This document shows positions 19,728 through 30,410 of a stretch of DNA of 40,566 nt, one piece after another. The first letter of the stretch is position 1, and every line of letters begins with the position of its first letter. The notes beneath the pieces were generated by a model. It made no database searches, was not told where the DNA came from, and saw nothing but the letters and a program-made list of their open reading frames with translations. Source of the stretch: an uncultured archaeon (lineage in GTDB: Archaea; Asgardarchaeota; Lokiarchaeia; Sigyniarchaeales; SOKP01); NCBI GenBank assembly GCA_964447495.1, contig CAYUTF010000022.1, forward strand, positions 1 to 40,566, in the 5' to 3' direction. The translations under genes were made by a program, and so were the position numbers.

Positions 19728-20213
19728 TTATAAAATTTTTTCTCCTACTTTGCCTTTTTCAATTGAATAAACTTTTTCGACATGTAATACGACAATACCA
19801 CGTTGAGCCGGATGTGAATATACTACATCTGGAGGTACTTCATCTGGAGGCTGTTTATTATGCCAATCACCCCATTCATCTAAAACTTCTTTAGCAGATA
19901 TCCCATACCAATCAAAATCTGGTGGGAATCCATATTCTATATCTATTGCTTTTCCTTTAAATACCCAATCTCTACCAGAATTTATAGGATGACCTATAAC
20001 TATAGAACATTCAGGATTTTCCTTTAAATTTCTCTTTGTTTTAATTAAAAACATATCAGCAATCAAAACTTTATCATCTTTCATAGTGGCAACATATCTC
20101 ATTCCGGCAATATTAGGTTTACCATCTATTGATGCTGTCGCTAAATAAACTAAAGACCCGCCCTTACCCGGAACTACTAATGCTTCTTTCATATCAGGCG
20201 TTAATTTTACCAT
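19728..20213 (-). CDS. Pyridoxamine 5'-phosphate oxidase-like (FMN split-barrel) protein
   Basis: YLATASIDGKPN...IADMFLIKTKRNLKENP...FKG...VEKVYS pattern. Confidence 0.82.
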   Translation of the reverse strand: MVKLTPDMKEALVVPGKGGSLVYLATASIDGKPNIAGMRYVATMKDDKVLIADMFLIKTKRNLKENPECSIVIGHPINSGRDWVFKGKAIDIEYGFPPDFDWYGISAKEVLDEWGDWHNKQPPDEVPPDVVYSHPAQRGIVVLHVEKVYSIEKGKVGEKIL

Positions 20214-20649
20214 TTATAATCACTTCTTTTTATACTTTTATGCTTATAAAATTTTTGAAATAAAAAAACTTAAATAAAAAATCAAGATTTTTTATATGAA
20301 CTTTACACTGATTTCTTCATTTATAAATTTTATTATATTTACTAAATTTTTTAAACTAATAAATTAGATATAATACGATAGAAAAATGGAAAAATTTCCT
20401 TAAAATTTATATAACATAAAAATACTTTGTTAGATTAATAATATAATATTAACCAATCTCGATCTATATCCAAAAGATTTAATTTAAGGGTTTTTTTTTT
20501 ATATTTTTAAGAAAATTAGAATGAAAGCTTGGATGTAGCTAATTAAAACAGAAATTTTTTTTAATGAACATTCCAATTTTATAATTAAAGAAATTCTCTA
20601 GAGTATTAAAGTTAATAAAAAAATGAAAATTTAGTGCAGTGCATGAAAT

Positions 20650-22941
20650 TTGAGTGAAAAATATGATATATTATTCATTTCTGATTCTAAAAATGTAGTA
20701 TCTTCAATAATGCAAAAGTTAAAAGAACATACCTTCAAAGTGCAATTGGAATTCATCGAAAATCATATCAATTTATATTCAGTGTTATCTAAAAGAACAT
20801 GGGATATTATATTATCCGACTATGACGCATGGACGCTTTACGGAATAGAAATATTAAGAATCATTAAAGAAAAAAAAATATTACTTCCCTATATTGTTAT
20901 AGGAAAAGAAATAGATGAAAAAGCGATGATTTCATTGATAGAAACTGGAATAAATGATTATGTCAATGAAGATAATCTAAATCGCTTAATTCCAACTATT
21001 AAACGGGAGATAAAAAATACAAATTCCTTCAATAAGCTAAAAGATTTTAATTGTTCTCAATGTTTACCTGAAGAGAAATTTCAAACATTGCTAAAAGCAT
21101 CTGAATGTATGATTTATACCTTAGATCTTGATACAAATTTTCTTGATGTTAATAATGCTTTTACTGATTTTTTAGGATATAATAAAAAAGAAACTCTTGA
21201 TTCATTAAACATTTATAAATTAATTCATCCTAATGAGAAAAGAATTCTTACCGAAGGAATTAAAAAAGTATTGAAAGGCACTTTAGTTAAAAATATTGAA
21301 TATCGATTTAAAAACAAGAATGAAACTTATGTACCAATTTCATCAAATCTAGCACCAATTTTTAATAAACAAAATAAAATTGTCAGAATTCTCTGTGTTT
21401 CCCAAGATTTAACGAAAAGCATAAAAATCCAACAGTTCATTGAAAATCATATCCATAGACAGGCTTTAATTGCCAAATTTGGTTTAGAAACAATTACTGA
21501 AAAAAAAATTGATAATTTATTTAAAAAAGCAACGTCTTTACTTGCAGAAATATTGGATGTTGAGTTTACAAAGGTACTTGAAATTCTTCCTGATAAGAAA
21601 TTTTTAAAATTACGGGCAGGAGTGGGTTGGCATAAAGGATTAGTTGGAAATGCAACTGTTGAAAATAATATAAATTCGCAAGCGGGTTTTACATTACTAA
21701 AAACCACTCCAGTAATAGTGGAAAACCTAAAGACTGAAACTCGATTTTATGCCCCAAAACTTCTTGCGGATCATGATGTTATAAGCGGCATGAGTGTTAT
21801 TATTCAAGGAAAAAACACTCCATTTGGTATTTTAGGAGCTCATACCAAAGAATATCGGATATTTTCAAAAGATGATATCAATTTTTTACAATCTATAGCG
21901 AACGTTCTTGCAGGTTTTATTGTTCGTGATTCTACTGAAAGAGAGTTAAGAGAAAGTGAAAAAAAATATCGAATGCTTACAGAACAATCCTTGTTGGGCA
22001 CGCTTATTATTGCTAATGGACGAATAATTTTTGCAAACAAAGGGATATCTAACATTTTAGGATTTTCAATAAATGAACTATTATCTTGGAATCTAAACAC
22101 CATAACCCTGCATATTCATCCTGAAGATTTACAAATAACAATTGAAAAATATAACAAAATTTTAAACGATGATATATCCTCATTTCAATCCGAAATACGA
22201 ATGAAGAAAAAAAATGAAAATTATTTGTATATCCGACAATATTCAAAAAGGATTCAATTTCAAGGAACCTGTGCTCTACATATAAATATAATTGATATAA
22301 ACGAGCAAAAAAAGAATGAATCACTATTGGAATCTTCCCTAGCAGAAAAAGAAATACTCCTGAAAGAAATCCATCATAGAGTAACAAACAATTTGCAAAT
22401 AATTTCAAGTTTATTAGTACTACATGAACAACATGTAAAAGATGAGAGAATTCTTCATATTTTTAAGGATTTCCAAAGTCGTATTAAAGTTATGGCACTA
22501 ATACACCAATCATTATACAACTCCGAAAACTTGAATAAGATACGTCTTTCAAAATACATAAAAAACCTTGTTAATAATCTATTTAAAGCTTATTCCGCAA
22601 ATTCCAAACAGATTAAACTAAAATTGAACATTGAAAATATTGATTTCAGTCTAGACAAAGCCATGGCTTGTGGTTTAATTATAAATGAACTTGTATCTAA
22701 CTCATTAAAACATGCTTTTTCTAAAAATGATAATGGAAAAATTATTGTTACACTGAAAAAAACCATAAACAATAAGTTATTATTAGAAGTGTATGATAAT
22801 GGAATAGGTTTTCCCAAAGATGTAGATTATAAAAGTTCAGACACACTAGGGTTAAAACTTATTTCCACTATAACCAAACAAATGGACGGAAAAATTTCTA
22901 TTGAAAAAAATAATGGAACTCATGTTATAATTACTTGGTAA
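20650..22941 (+). CDS. Cytoplasmic sensor histidine kinase: REC-like, PAS, GAF, PAS, HisKA_2, HATPase
   Basis: H-box KEIHHRVTNNLQIISSLL, NELVSNSLKHAF and DNGIGFP; PAS motifs VNNAF...IHP and IHPED; GAF segment LRAGVGW...SQAGFTL. Confidence 0.92.
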   Translation: MSEKYDILFISDSKNVVSSIMQKLKEHTFKVQLEFIENHINLYSVLSKRTWDIILSDYDAWTLYGIEILRIIKEKKILLPYIVIGKEIDEKAMISLIETGINDYVNEDNLNRLIPTIKREIKNTNSFNKLKDFNCSQCLPEEKFQTLLKASECMIYTLDLDTNFLDVNNAFTDFLGYNKKETLDSLNIYKLIHPNEKRILTEGIKKVLKGTLVKNIEYRFKNKNETYVPISSNLAPIFNKQNKIVRILCVSQDLTKSIKIQQFIENHIHRQALIAKFGLETITEKKIDNLFKKATSLLAEILDVEFTKVLEILPDKKFLKLRAGVGWHKGLVGNATVENNINSQAGFTLLKTTPVIVENLKTETRFYAPKLLADHDVISGMSVIIQGKNTPFGILGAHTKEYRIFSKDDINFLQSIANVLAGFIVRDSTERELRESEKKYRMLTEQSLLGTLIIANGRIIFANKGISNILGFSINELLSWNLNTITLHIHPEDLQITIEKYNKILNDDISSFQSEIRMKKKNENYLYIRQYSKRIQFQGTCALHINIIDINEQKKNESLLESSLAEKEILLKEIHHRVTNNLQIISSLLVLHEQHVKDERILHIFKDFQSRIKVMALIHQSLYNSENLNKIRLSKYIKNLVNNLFKAYSANSKQIKLKLNIENIDFSLDKAMACGLIINELVSNSLKHAFSKNDNGKIIVTLKKTINNKLLLEVYDNGIGFPKDVDYKSSDTLGLKLISTITKQMDGKISIEKNNGTHVIITW

Positions 22942-22970
22942 TATTAAAAATTATTATAAGACAGAGTAAA

Positions 22971-23795
22971 ATGGCACAAATAAAAGTTATGATTGTTGAA
23001 GACGAATTAATTACCGCTGAAGCAATAGCGATTCTTTTAAAAAAATTAAATTATAATCCAATTGCCATTATTTCTTCTGGAGAAGAAGCAATTTCCAAAA
23101 TCAAGAATTTAAATCTTGATTTGATATTAATGGATATAATTCTAGCGGGAACTATGGATGGAATTGAAACAGCGAATTTTATTAATAAAAACTATGATAT
23201 TCCCATTATATTTATAACGGCATATGGAGATAAAAAAACCTTAAATAGAGCCAAATTATCGGAACCTTATGGATATATAGTAAAACCTATAACGAATGAA
23301 GATGACCTTCTACCTACAATAGAACTCGCAATGTATAATCATCAAGTAAAAAATAAACTTAAGAAAGGTAATGAAAAATTTGAACAGATTAAACAATTAA
23401 TTCAACCAGATAAAAATATTTTACCCTCCCAGGTTAATATTTCCTTAGAAAAAAGAAATTATCTTGAACAAGCAAATGAAGACCTAGATCCTATGCTTGA
23501 AATAGAAGTTCTTGGTGAAAAAATCAATTTAGTCGAATGGTTGAAATCGTTCTCGAATCCTGAGAGATTTTTAATATTGGAATTAATAAAATCTCAACCT
23601 TTAAAATTGGATGAGATACAGATGTTTATCAGTAAATCTCAATCTACCTCTTCACACCATATTAAGATATTAGAGAAAACAGGATTCGTTAAAGGATGGA
23701 AAAATGGAAAATATATTTATTACTCATTAAATAAGTCAAAAATAATGGAATTTGTGCATTTATGGGAGAATTGGATTAAAAATCTCTCATCTTAA
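22971..23795 (+). CDS. Response regulator: REC domain fused to an ArsR/SmtB-type winged HTH
   Basis: IVEDE, LMDIIL (phospho-Asp), FITAY and YIVKP; C-terminal NPERFLILELI...QSTSSHHIKILE..G.V...KNGKYIYYSL. ATG at 22971 preferred over TTG at 22935. Confidence 0.88.
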   Translation: MAQIKVMIVEDELITAEAIAILLKKLNYNPIAIISSGEEAISKIKNLNLDLILMDIILAGTMDGIETANFINKNYDIPIIFITAYGDKKTLNRAKLSEPYGYIVKPITNEDDLLPTIELAMYNHQVKNKLKKGNEKFEQIKQLIQPDKNILPSQVNISLEKRNYLEQANEDLDPMLEIEVLGEKINLVEWLKSFSNPERFLILELIKSQPLKLDEIQMFISKSQSTSSHHIKILEKTGFVKGWKNGKYIYYSLNKSKIMEFVHLWENWIKNLSS

Positions 23796-23837
23796 TTATT
23801 TAAAAAATAATAGAAAGAAGAGAATAGAAAGAAAAAC

Positions 23838-24185
23838 ATGAAAGAATTAACAAAAAATAAAATTAAAATTATAAAAAAAAAATTCAAGAATGATACCTCT
23901 TATAAGTTCTTACGAGAATGTATGGAAATCATAGGCAATAAAGACAGATTTTTAATTTTAAATCTATTAAATAATAAACCATGTTTACTCTCTGATATTG
24001 AAAAAAGCCTGAATAGAAGTCAACCTTCCATCTCCCATCATATTAGAATTTTGGAAATACATAAATTTATTTATAGTTCTAACAAAGGTAAATTCAAGGA
24101 ATATTCAATTTCCAGAGAAAAGTTTGTAAAATTATTAAACATTTGGAATCAATGGTTTCAGGCAATTCGATCCAAGAATTATTGA
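23838..24185 (+). CDS. ArsR/SmtB family transcriptional regulator
   Basis: DRFLILNLL...CLLSDI...SQPSISHHIRIL...GKFKEYS. Confidence 0.85.
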   Translation: MKELTKNKIKIIKKKFKNDTSYKFLRECMEIIGNKDRFLILNLLNNKPCLLSDIEKSLNRSQPSISHHIRILEIHKFIYSSNKGKFKEYSISREKFVKLLNIWNQWFQAIRSKNY

Positions 24186-24353
24186 ATTAGAATTAGGTAT
24201 TTTCTTTCAGCATTAAATTACGGATAAAACTCTAGTTTTGAGAAATTTTTTGAAAATAGAATAATTCTTTTATGATAATTTTTTTTTCCTTATTTTCTTT
24301 TTTTTTAATTTTAAACAAGGTTTTCTAAAAATCTGATTTTTTTCATAGAATTT

Positions 24354-25487
24354 TTATATTGAATGAACAGAAAATTTTTGTAATCGTTTAAGAGCACTAA
24401 TTTTATCATTCTTTTGTAAATGGGCTGCGTCTATAGCCTCTGATAGTATTTCTGCACATCTTTCCATTCTTTTTAAATTAACAAGGTAAGGAATACCATC
24501 TTTTCCACCAAAAGCAAAAGAATATTTAGCAGGATCCTTCCAACAAGGTGGCGACCCCCAGATGAATTCTGATATTAAAGCTAATGCCCTAATCATCCCT
24601 GGGCCAAAACCATGAAGCTTTAAAAGTTCTGTATAATCATTTATGCCTAAATTTTTGGCTAAATCGAGAGTTTCCCATTTTAAAGTAAAAGGAATCGGCA
24701 TTTTAAGATGAGGGAGAGTACAACATTTATATCTAGAGGCTGGTGCTAAGAAATCATCTAAGGAAGTTTGATTTTTGCTTTTTAATCTTAAATTTAAAAT
24801 CATGTTTTTAACCCTTTTAGAACCTTCCGATAGTAGATCTAACGAAACTTTTCTGCATTCTTCACTTTCCCTGGAAACTAAATTCATGACATTCTCTTTA
24901 AAAATTTCGGAACTAATATTTTTATGAGGATCATTGAGATAACTTTCTAAATTATCTGATATCCAGTGATATCTTCTAGCTTTGCCAATATTTGCGTCAA
25001 GTCCTTGTTGAATTATCCCCCAATTTTTCTCTGATACAATCATTAAGTGATGATACAATGAAAAACCATCTTGAATCGCCGCATTATCTATTTTTGCGAC
25101 GAGCCGGCTTGTTTCACTCAATTGGTTCACATCGTCATCAGTATAATCCAAAAATTTCGCTTTTTCTAATAAATGTTCCTTAACTTTTGTAGAGTTTTTT
25201 CCTTTTCCTCCCGCAATAATTAATCCATGCTCTTCAGGGTTGATAATCTGTTTTAAAACACCACCTAATACTGTTGTGCAACCACTTGAATGCCAATCAA
25301 AACCCAATATACATGCTAATCCTTGAAACCAAAATGTATCAGAAAGTCTTTTGATTATCCCTTTTGCTCCTTCTATTTCATACAAGATATCAAAAATGGG
25401 TTTACCTAAAAGATTCATCCTTTTTATTAACCACATTGGAGCTTTACTTCTGTGAAGGGGAAGGGTTGCGATACTGACTTTACTCAT
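24354..25487 (-). CDS. DUF763 family protein
   Basis: LPLH, WFQGLACILGFDWHSSGCTT, GGKG, KIDNAAIQDGF.LYHH, RRYHW and DPAKYSFAFGGKDG motifs. Confidence 0.88.
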   Translation of the reverse strand: MSKVSIATLPLHRSKAPMWLIKRMNLLGKPIFDILYEIEGAKGIIKRLSDTFWFQGLACILGFDWHSSGCTTVLGGVLKQIINPEEHGLIIAGGKGKNSTKVKEHLLEKAKFLDYTDDDVNQLSETSRLVAKIDNAAIQDGFSLYHHLMIVSEKNWGIIQQGLDANIGKARRYHWISDNLESYLNDPHKNISSEIFKENVMNLVSRESEECRKVSLDLLSEGSKRVKNMILNLRLKSKNQTSLDDFLAPASRYKCCTLPHLKMPIPFTLKWETLDLAKNLGINDYTELLKLHGFGPGMIRALALISEFIWGSPPCWKDPAKYSFAFGGKDGIPYLVNLKRMERCAEILSEAIDAAHLQKNDKISALKRLQKFSVHSI

Positions 25488-25591
25488 AATAATTACTTAA
25501 TTAAATTTTATAAGTCACACTAATGAGGGATAAAAAAATTTTAAAAGAGTAGATTGTTTGAGTTTTTTAATTTATTATATATATTTTGATG

Positions 25592-26464
25592 TTAAAACTC
25601 ATCCAATGTCTTCTCAAAAAGGATTACTTGAACAGGTTTATTATCCCAATAGGAGAACCCGATCTTTTTTATTTTGGGAACAACATCAGGTTGACAAAAA
25701 ATGTCTATCTCTTTAACTTTTTGAATATTTTTTTGTTCCAATATTGCATTTTGAATTAAATTGAAAGCTTCTTTAGCCTGACCATAAGCAATTAACCATA
25801 TTTCATCGTTATCCGGAGATTCTCGACTATTTGAGCTTTGAATATTTATTTTATGTATAATAGCTTTTTTGTTTCGAAACCATGTAGAATTTTGAATATC
25901 TAACGATTGTAATGGTACGAAAGACCATCCAATGCAAGTCTCGCTACCCGGACCAATTTCAATGTTACTATAAAACTCTTTAGCTTGATTTAAAGAAATT
26001 GACTCCATTTTTGTATATTTCAGTCCATCTCTTTTTATTTCTTTATTTTTACATGATAAATTCTCCATGCTTTTTTTCATTTTAAATCCAAAGTGTCTTG
26101 CAAGAGAAATTGATCCTTCATTTCGAGATGATGTGTCATATTGAACAACCTTAGCTCCAATTTTTTTAGAATAATTAAGCGCATATTCCATTATTTCTCT
26201 TCCTATACCTTGTTTTTGGAATTCTTTTTTCACTCGCGCCCCCTCTAACCATGTTAAGTTATTTGGAAAGATTTTCACTCTTCCAAAACCTATCAGGTTC
26301 TTCAATTCTGCATCATTAAACACTCCAAAATTCAAACTGTTTTTATCTTCAAGCCAATTATGAATAACATGAGGAACATAATCATCACCTTCCCAGATAT
26401 CCTTACTGATGTCAAGAATCGCTGGAATGTCATTTAACTCTAAATTTCTAAAATATATATCCAT
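25592..26464 (-). CDS. GNAT family N-acetyltransferase
   Basis: DIWEGDDY, WLEGARV...QKQGIG acetyl-CoA-binding motif and N.GS...A...GF. Confidence 0.88.
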   Translation of the reverse strand: MDIYFRNLELNDIPAILDISKDIWEGDDYVPHVIHNWLEDKNSLNFGVFNDAELKNLIGFGRVKIFPNNLTWLEGARVKKEFQKQGIGREIMEYALNYSKKIGAKVVQYDTSSRNEGSISLARHFGFKMKKSMENLSCKNKEIKRDGLKYTKMESISLNQAKEFYSNIEIGPGSETCIGWSFVPLQSLDIQNSTWFRNKKAIIHKINIQSSNSRESPDNDEIWLIAYGQAKEAFNLIQNAILEQKNIQKVKEIDIFCQPDVVPKIKKIGFSYWDNKPVQVILFEKTLDEF

Positions 26465-26474
26465 ATTACCAACC

Positions 26475-27062
26475 TTAGTTACTAATCTTTCTTGCGATAT
26501 TAATATAGAGAGTAAAAGCTAAAAGGTAATGAACTAAAATACAAAAGAATAGTCCTATAGTTAACAGTATATAACCATTTAAAAGCCCGAATAAAAAAGA
26601 ATAAATCATATAGATAATCATAATTCTCTGATTTTTAAATTTAAACCAAAAATGAATATGATACAAGGAAAAAATTATGCTAGATATGAGTATACACTGA
26701 TAAAACTCCAAATTAAATGCATAAAATAAAATTCCTATCGCGTAATATCGAAAGATGAATTCTTCCATAATCATCGTTAGGGGAAAGAATACTAGCAACA
26801 CCATATTATTATTTTTGTTTATAAGTGCTGAAATCAAATCATGGTGCCGCATTAATTCCAGAATTTCATGATTATAGAAATACTTCTCAAAAGTTTTCCC
26901 TAAAATGAATAAGAGGACTCCACCAATAATAATTAAGGATAAGGTCATTGTATTTACTAATCTAATGAACAGTAAATTTGTAAATAGTCCAAAAAAAGTT
27001 GGAATAATACAAATTACTACACAAAATATAATAACATAATACTTTTTCTGGTGTTCTAGCAT
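26475..27062 (-). CDS. CPBP (CAAX/Rce1/Abi) family intramembrane glutamic protease
   Basis: EEFIFR, FSLYH and ILVHY motifs in a multi-TM protein. Confidence 0.85.
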   Translation of the reverse strand: MLEHQKKYYVIIFCVVICIIPTFFGLFTNLLFIRLVNTMTLSLIIIGGVLLFILGKTFEKYFYNHEILELMRHHDLISALINKNNNMVLLVFFPLTMIMEEFIFRYYAIGILFYAFNLEFYQCILISSIIFSLYHIHFWFKFKNQRIMIIYMIYSFLFGLLNGYILLTIGLFFCILVHYLLAFTLYINIARKISN

Positions 27063-27124
27063 TTCACATTTAAAGTTATACTTTTAAATGTACTAAAGAT
27101 AATGTTATATTAATTGTTTTCACT

Positions 27125-28657
27125 TTGAGTTCTCAAATGACGGATTTATTTCAGAAATTAAAAAGAATTGTATCTGATGAATATATCTCTGATAGTATTT
27201 ACATGCGACATGCCTATTCTAGAAATGTCGATCCGGTTTTACAAGGGGTACCTGATTATGTTATCAGACCTAAGGATGAGAAGGAAATCTCGGAAATTTT
27301 AAAGATAGCTAATAAAGAGATTATTCCCGTGATTCCTCGAGGAGGGGGTGACTGCGAATTTGGAGGCAGTAAACCAATAGGGAATAGAGGTATTGTTCTA
27401 GATTTAACACGTATGAATAAAATCATTAATCTGGATCAAGATAATTTAGTAGTTACTGTTGAAGCGGGAATAACATGGTCTAGCTTAAATAATTTCTTAT
27501 CGCAATATGGGTTATATACGGGTTGTTTAGGTCCTGGCTCGGGTTTAACAGCATCTATAGGAGGAGGCTTATCCCATCATTCAGTAGGAGGTGGGGGTGG
27601 TGCTAAATATGGATCATGCTCAAATCAATTAGTATCACTACAAGTTGTTTTACCTACAGGTGAAATCATAGAAACAGGATCTCAAGCGAACAAATATTCC
27701 AAATTTCCTTTTAATCGATTCGGAAATGGTCCTGATTTGGCAGGCTTATTTTGCGGAGATAATGGAATATATGGCGTTAAAACAAAAGTGTCTTTACAAG
27801 TTTTTCCAAAACCCCCATATGCTGCGTATAAAACCTATTTGATGCCTCGAAAGTCAAATGAGATTTCGTCTGCAATATTTACCCAAATTCGAGAGAAGGG
27901 AATAGATGTCTATGATGTCATATTTTTTATGGATCTATTAGTTTCTGTTGGTGTTCAAAACGGCTTTTTCCCAATGTGGGAAAATTTAAAAAGGAAACGT
28001 GGCATTATGTTTTATGTTATTGAAGCTAATTCGGAACAAGAATTAAATGAAAAAGTCAAGCAATTAGATCAGATATTTTTAACTAATAAAACTGAAACGC
28101 TTGGTTTAGAAATTTCAGAGGGCAATATTGGAAAGTGGTTTTATGAAGAACAAGGTCATTGGATGTATGCTCACAATCTATGGGGATTAGTTCCTGGATT
28201 TGAATCATTGGACGCTGAATGTAAAGTTCCTATCGCATCATATCCAAACATTTTAAAAGATTTAGATCAGTGGGATTTTGAGCATAAGGAGGATATGGAG
28301 ACCATTTTAAAAATCGCAGGAATGAGACCTGTAACCGGAAGTGGACCGATAATTTTATTAAAAGGCAATACTGTGGAATTAACCTGTGGATTTACTAGTT
28401 TTAGTAGTTATATTAATGGGGAGTACCATCCTGAGCTTGAAGCATTAAATTTAAAATTATGGAAATCTATATTGGAACGGGTTACGAAACATGGAGCAAT
28501 GTGGTACATGATGGGAGACATTACAAGTCGTTTAATGGTTGACATTGGAGCTTATAACGAAGAATTTTATAACCTCATGAGAAGTATAAAAAAAACCATT
28601 GATCCAAACATGATTTTAAGTAGCGGAAAGTATAATTTCTGGGGTAAACAAGCTTAA
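27125..28657 (+). CDS. FAD-binding oxidoreductase (GlcD/D-lactate dehydrogenase-like, VAO superfamily), paralogue 1
   Basis: P..VIRP, VIPRGGG, VEAGI, ASIGG, KYG, VVLPTGEII, G..GIYG and C-terminal K...DP..IL..GK. Confidence 0.88.
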   Translation: MSSQMTDLFQKLKRIVSDEYISDSIYMRHAYSRNVDPVLQGVPDYVIRPKDEKEISEILKIANKEIIPVIPRGGGDCEFGGSKPIGNRGIVLDLTRMNKIINLDQDNLVVTVEAGITWSSLNNFLSQYGLYTGCLGPGSGLTASIGGGLSHHSVGGGGGAKYGSCSNQLVSLQVVLPTGEIIETGSQANKYSKFPFNRFGNGPDLAGLFCGDNGIYGVKTKVSLQVFPKPPYAAYKTYLMPRKSNEISSAIFTQIREKGIDVYDVIFFMDLLVSVGVQNGFFPMWENLKRKRGIMFYVIEANSEQELNEKVKQLDQIFLTNKTETLGLEISEGNIGKWFYEEQGHWMYAHNLWGLVPGFESLDAECKVPIASYPNILKDLDQWDFEHKEDMETILKIAGMRPVTGSGPIILLKGNTVELTCGFTSFSSYINGEYHPELEALNLKLWKSILERVTKHGAMWYMMGDITSRLMVDIGAYNEEFYNLMRSIKKTIDPNMILSSGKYNFWGKQA

Positions 28658-28773
28658 ACCTAATTTGTATAGAATTTTGACATTAATGAGAAAAAATCTA
28701 TATATATTTGGCGTGAAAATTTAATATAATTAAAAAATTTCATAATTGAGATATTTATAAAATTCTATTAATT

Positions 28774-30294
28774 ATGTCCGAACTCTATCATAAATTAGAA
28801 AAAATTGTCAAAAAGGAACACATTTCAAATGATATCCTTATAAGGCACAGTTATTCTAGAAATGTAGATCTTCTTTTACAAGGTATTCCCGATATCGTTA
28901 TTAGACCTAAAGATGAAATAGAGATTTCTGAAATCCTAAAAGTTGCTAATGAGGAGAATCTTCCCGTTATACCCCGAGGTGGTGGTGATTGCGAATTCGG
29001 TGGGAGTAAACCAATAGGAAATGAAGGAATTGTACTAGATCTAAAACGTTTAAATAAAATTGTTAATCTCGATCGTGATAATTTAGTTGTCACTGTTGAA
29101 GCAGGGATTTCATGGGCTAAATTAAATGAATACTTATGCGATTTTGGACTTTATACGGGTTGTATGGGGCCTGGTTCTGGTATGACTGCCAGCATAGGTG
29201 GAGGGATTTCACATCACTCGGTCGGAGGGGGCGGATGTGCAAAATATGGAGCATGTACTAATCAACTTGTATCGCTCGAAGTTGTTTTACCTACGGGTGA
29301 AATTATAGAGACAGGATCTCAAGCAAATAGATATTCTAAATTTCCATTTAACCGATTTGGAAATGGACCTGATTTAGCAGGATTATTTTGCGGAGATAAT
29401 GGTATATATGGGATTAAAACAAAAGTTACTCTGCAAGTTTTTCCTAGACCAGAGTATGCGGAATATAAATCTTTTCAATTACCTCGAAAAGAACGCCAGA
29501 TTTCCGCAAATATCCTAAACGACATACGTAATAAGGGAATTGATGTCTATGATGCTATGTATATCATGGACTTAATTGTTACTGTTCTTACACAATATGA
29601 ATGCATGCCGATGTGGCAAAATTTAAAGAAAAAAAGAGGAATTCTTTTTTATACAGTGGAAGCAAATTCGGAAAAGGAATTAGAAGAAAAAGTAAAACAA
29701 CTTGATGCTATAATGATGAACAATAAAGCTGAATTATTAGGTTCTGAAATATCTGATGGAAATATTGCAAAATGGCATTACACCGAACAAGGACATTGGC
29801 AATTTTATCATAATTTATGGGGAATCTTTCCCTCTATGCAACCTTTAACTGCTGAATGTTTTACCCCGATCAATCAATATCCCAGTTTGTTAAACGATAT
29901 AGATCAATGGGATATTGAAAACAATGATTTAATGCAAAAAATAATTAGCATTACAAAAACACGTCCAATCACTGGAAGTGGTCCGATATTACTCATTGAT
30001 GGGAATAATGTAGAAATCACCTGTGGCTTTACTAGTTTTTGGAGTGTGTTTGATGGAGAAACGCATAAAGAAATTGATGAAATCAATTTAAAATTATGGA
30101 CATCATTATTAGAAAGAGTGACAAAACATGGAGTTCAGTGGTATATGATGGGTGATTTTATGTCTCGATTAATGGTCGATATTGGTGCTTATAACGAGGA
30201 ATTTTATAACCTAATGACAAATATCAAAAAAACTCTTGATCCAAATATGATTTTAAGTCGAGGTAAATTTAATTTTTGGGGTGAAAAACACTAA
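28774..30294 (+). CDS. FAD-binding oxidoreductase (GlcD-like), paralogue 2
   Basis: Same motifs as 27125-28657; colinear and visibly very similar to it. Confidence 0.88.
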   Translation: MSELYHKLEKIVKKEHISNDILIRHSYSRNVDLLLQGIPDIVIRPKDEIEISEILKVANEENLPVIPRGGGDCEFGGSKPIGNEGIVLDLKRLNKIVNLDRDNLVVTVEAGISWAKLNEYLCDFGLYTGCMGPGSGMTASIGGGISHHSVGGGGCAKYGACTNQLVSLEVVLPTGEIIETGSQANRYSKFPFNRFGNGPDLAGLFCGDNGIYGIKTKVTLQVFPRPEYAEYKSFQLPRKERQISANILNDIRNKGIDVYDAMYIMDLIVTVLTQYECMPMWQNLKKKRGILFYTVEANSEKELEEKVKQLDAIMMNNKAELLGSEISDGNIAKWHYTEQGHWQFYHNLWGIFPSMQPLTAECFTPINQYPSLLNDIDQWDIENNDLMQKIISITKTRPITGSGPILLIDGNNVEITCGFTSFWSVFDGETHKEIDEINLKLWTSLLERVTKHGVQWYMMGDFMSRLMVDIGAYNEEFYNLMTNIKKTLDPNMILSRGKFNFWGEKH

Positions 30295-30410
30295 ATTACT
30301 AAAAAACAATTACAATACTTTTTTTATTATTATTCTGACTTTAATGAGATTTTTTGTTCTTTAAATAAAACTGTTATAATTAGTTAGTAAAAGATTTCAA
30401 ATAATAAATT

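Noticed and set aside
23809-23833. Short direct repeat aatagaaagaa before the arsR start
   Set aside because: Low-complexity purine-rich duplication with no functional evidence.
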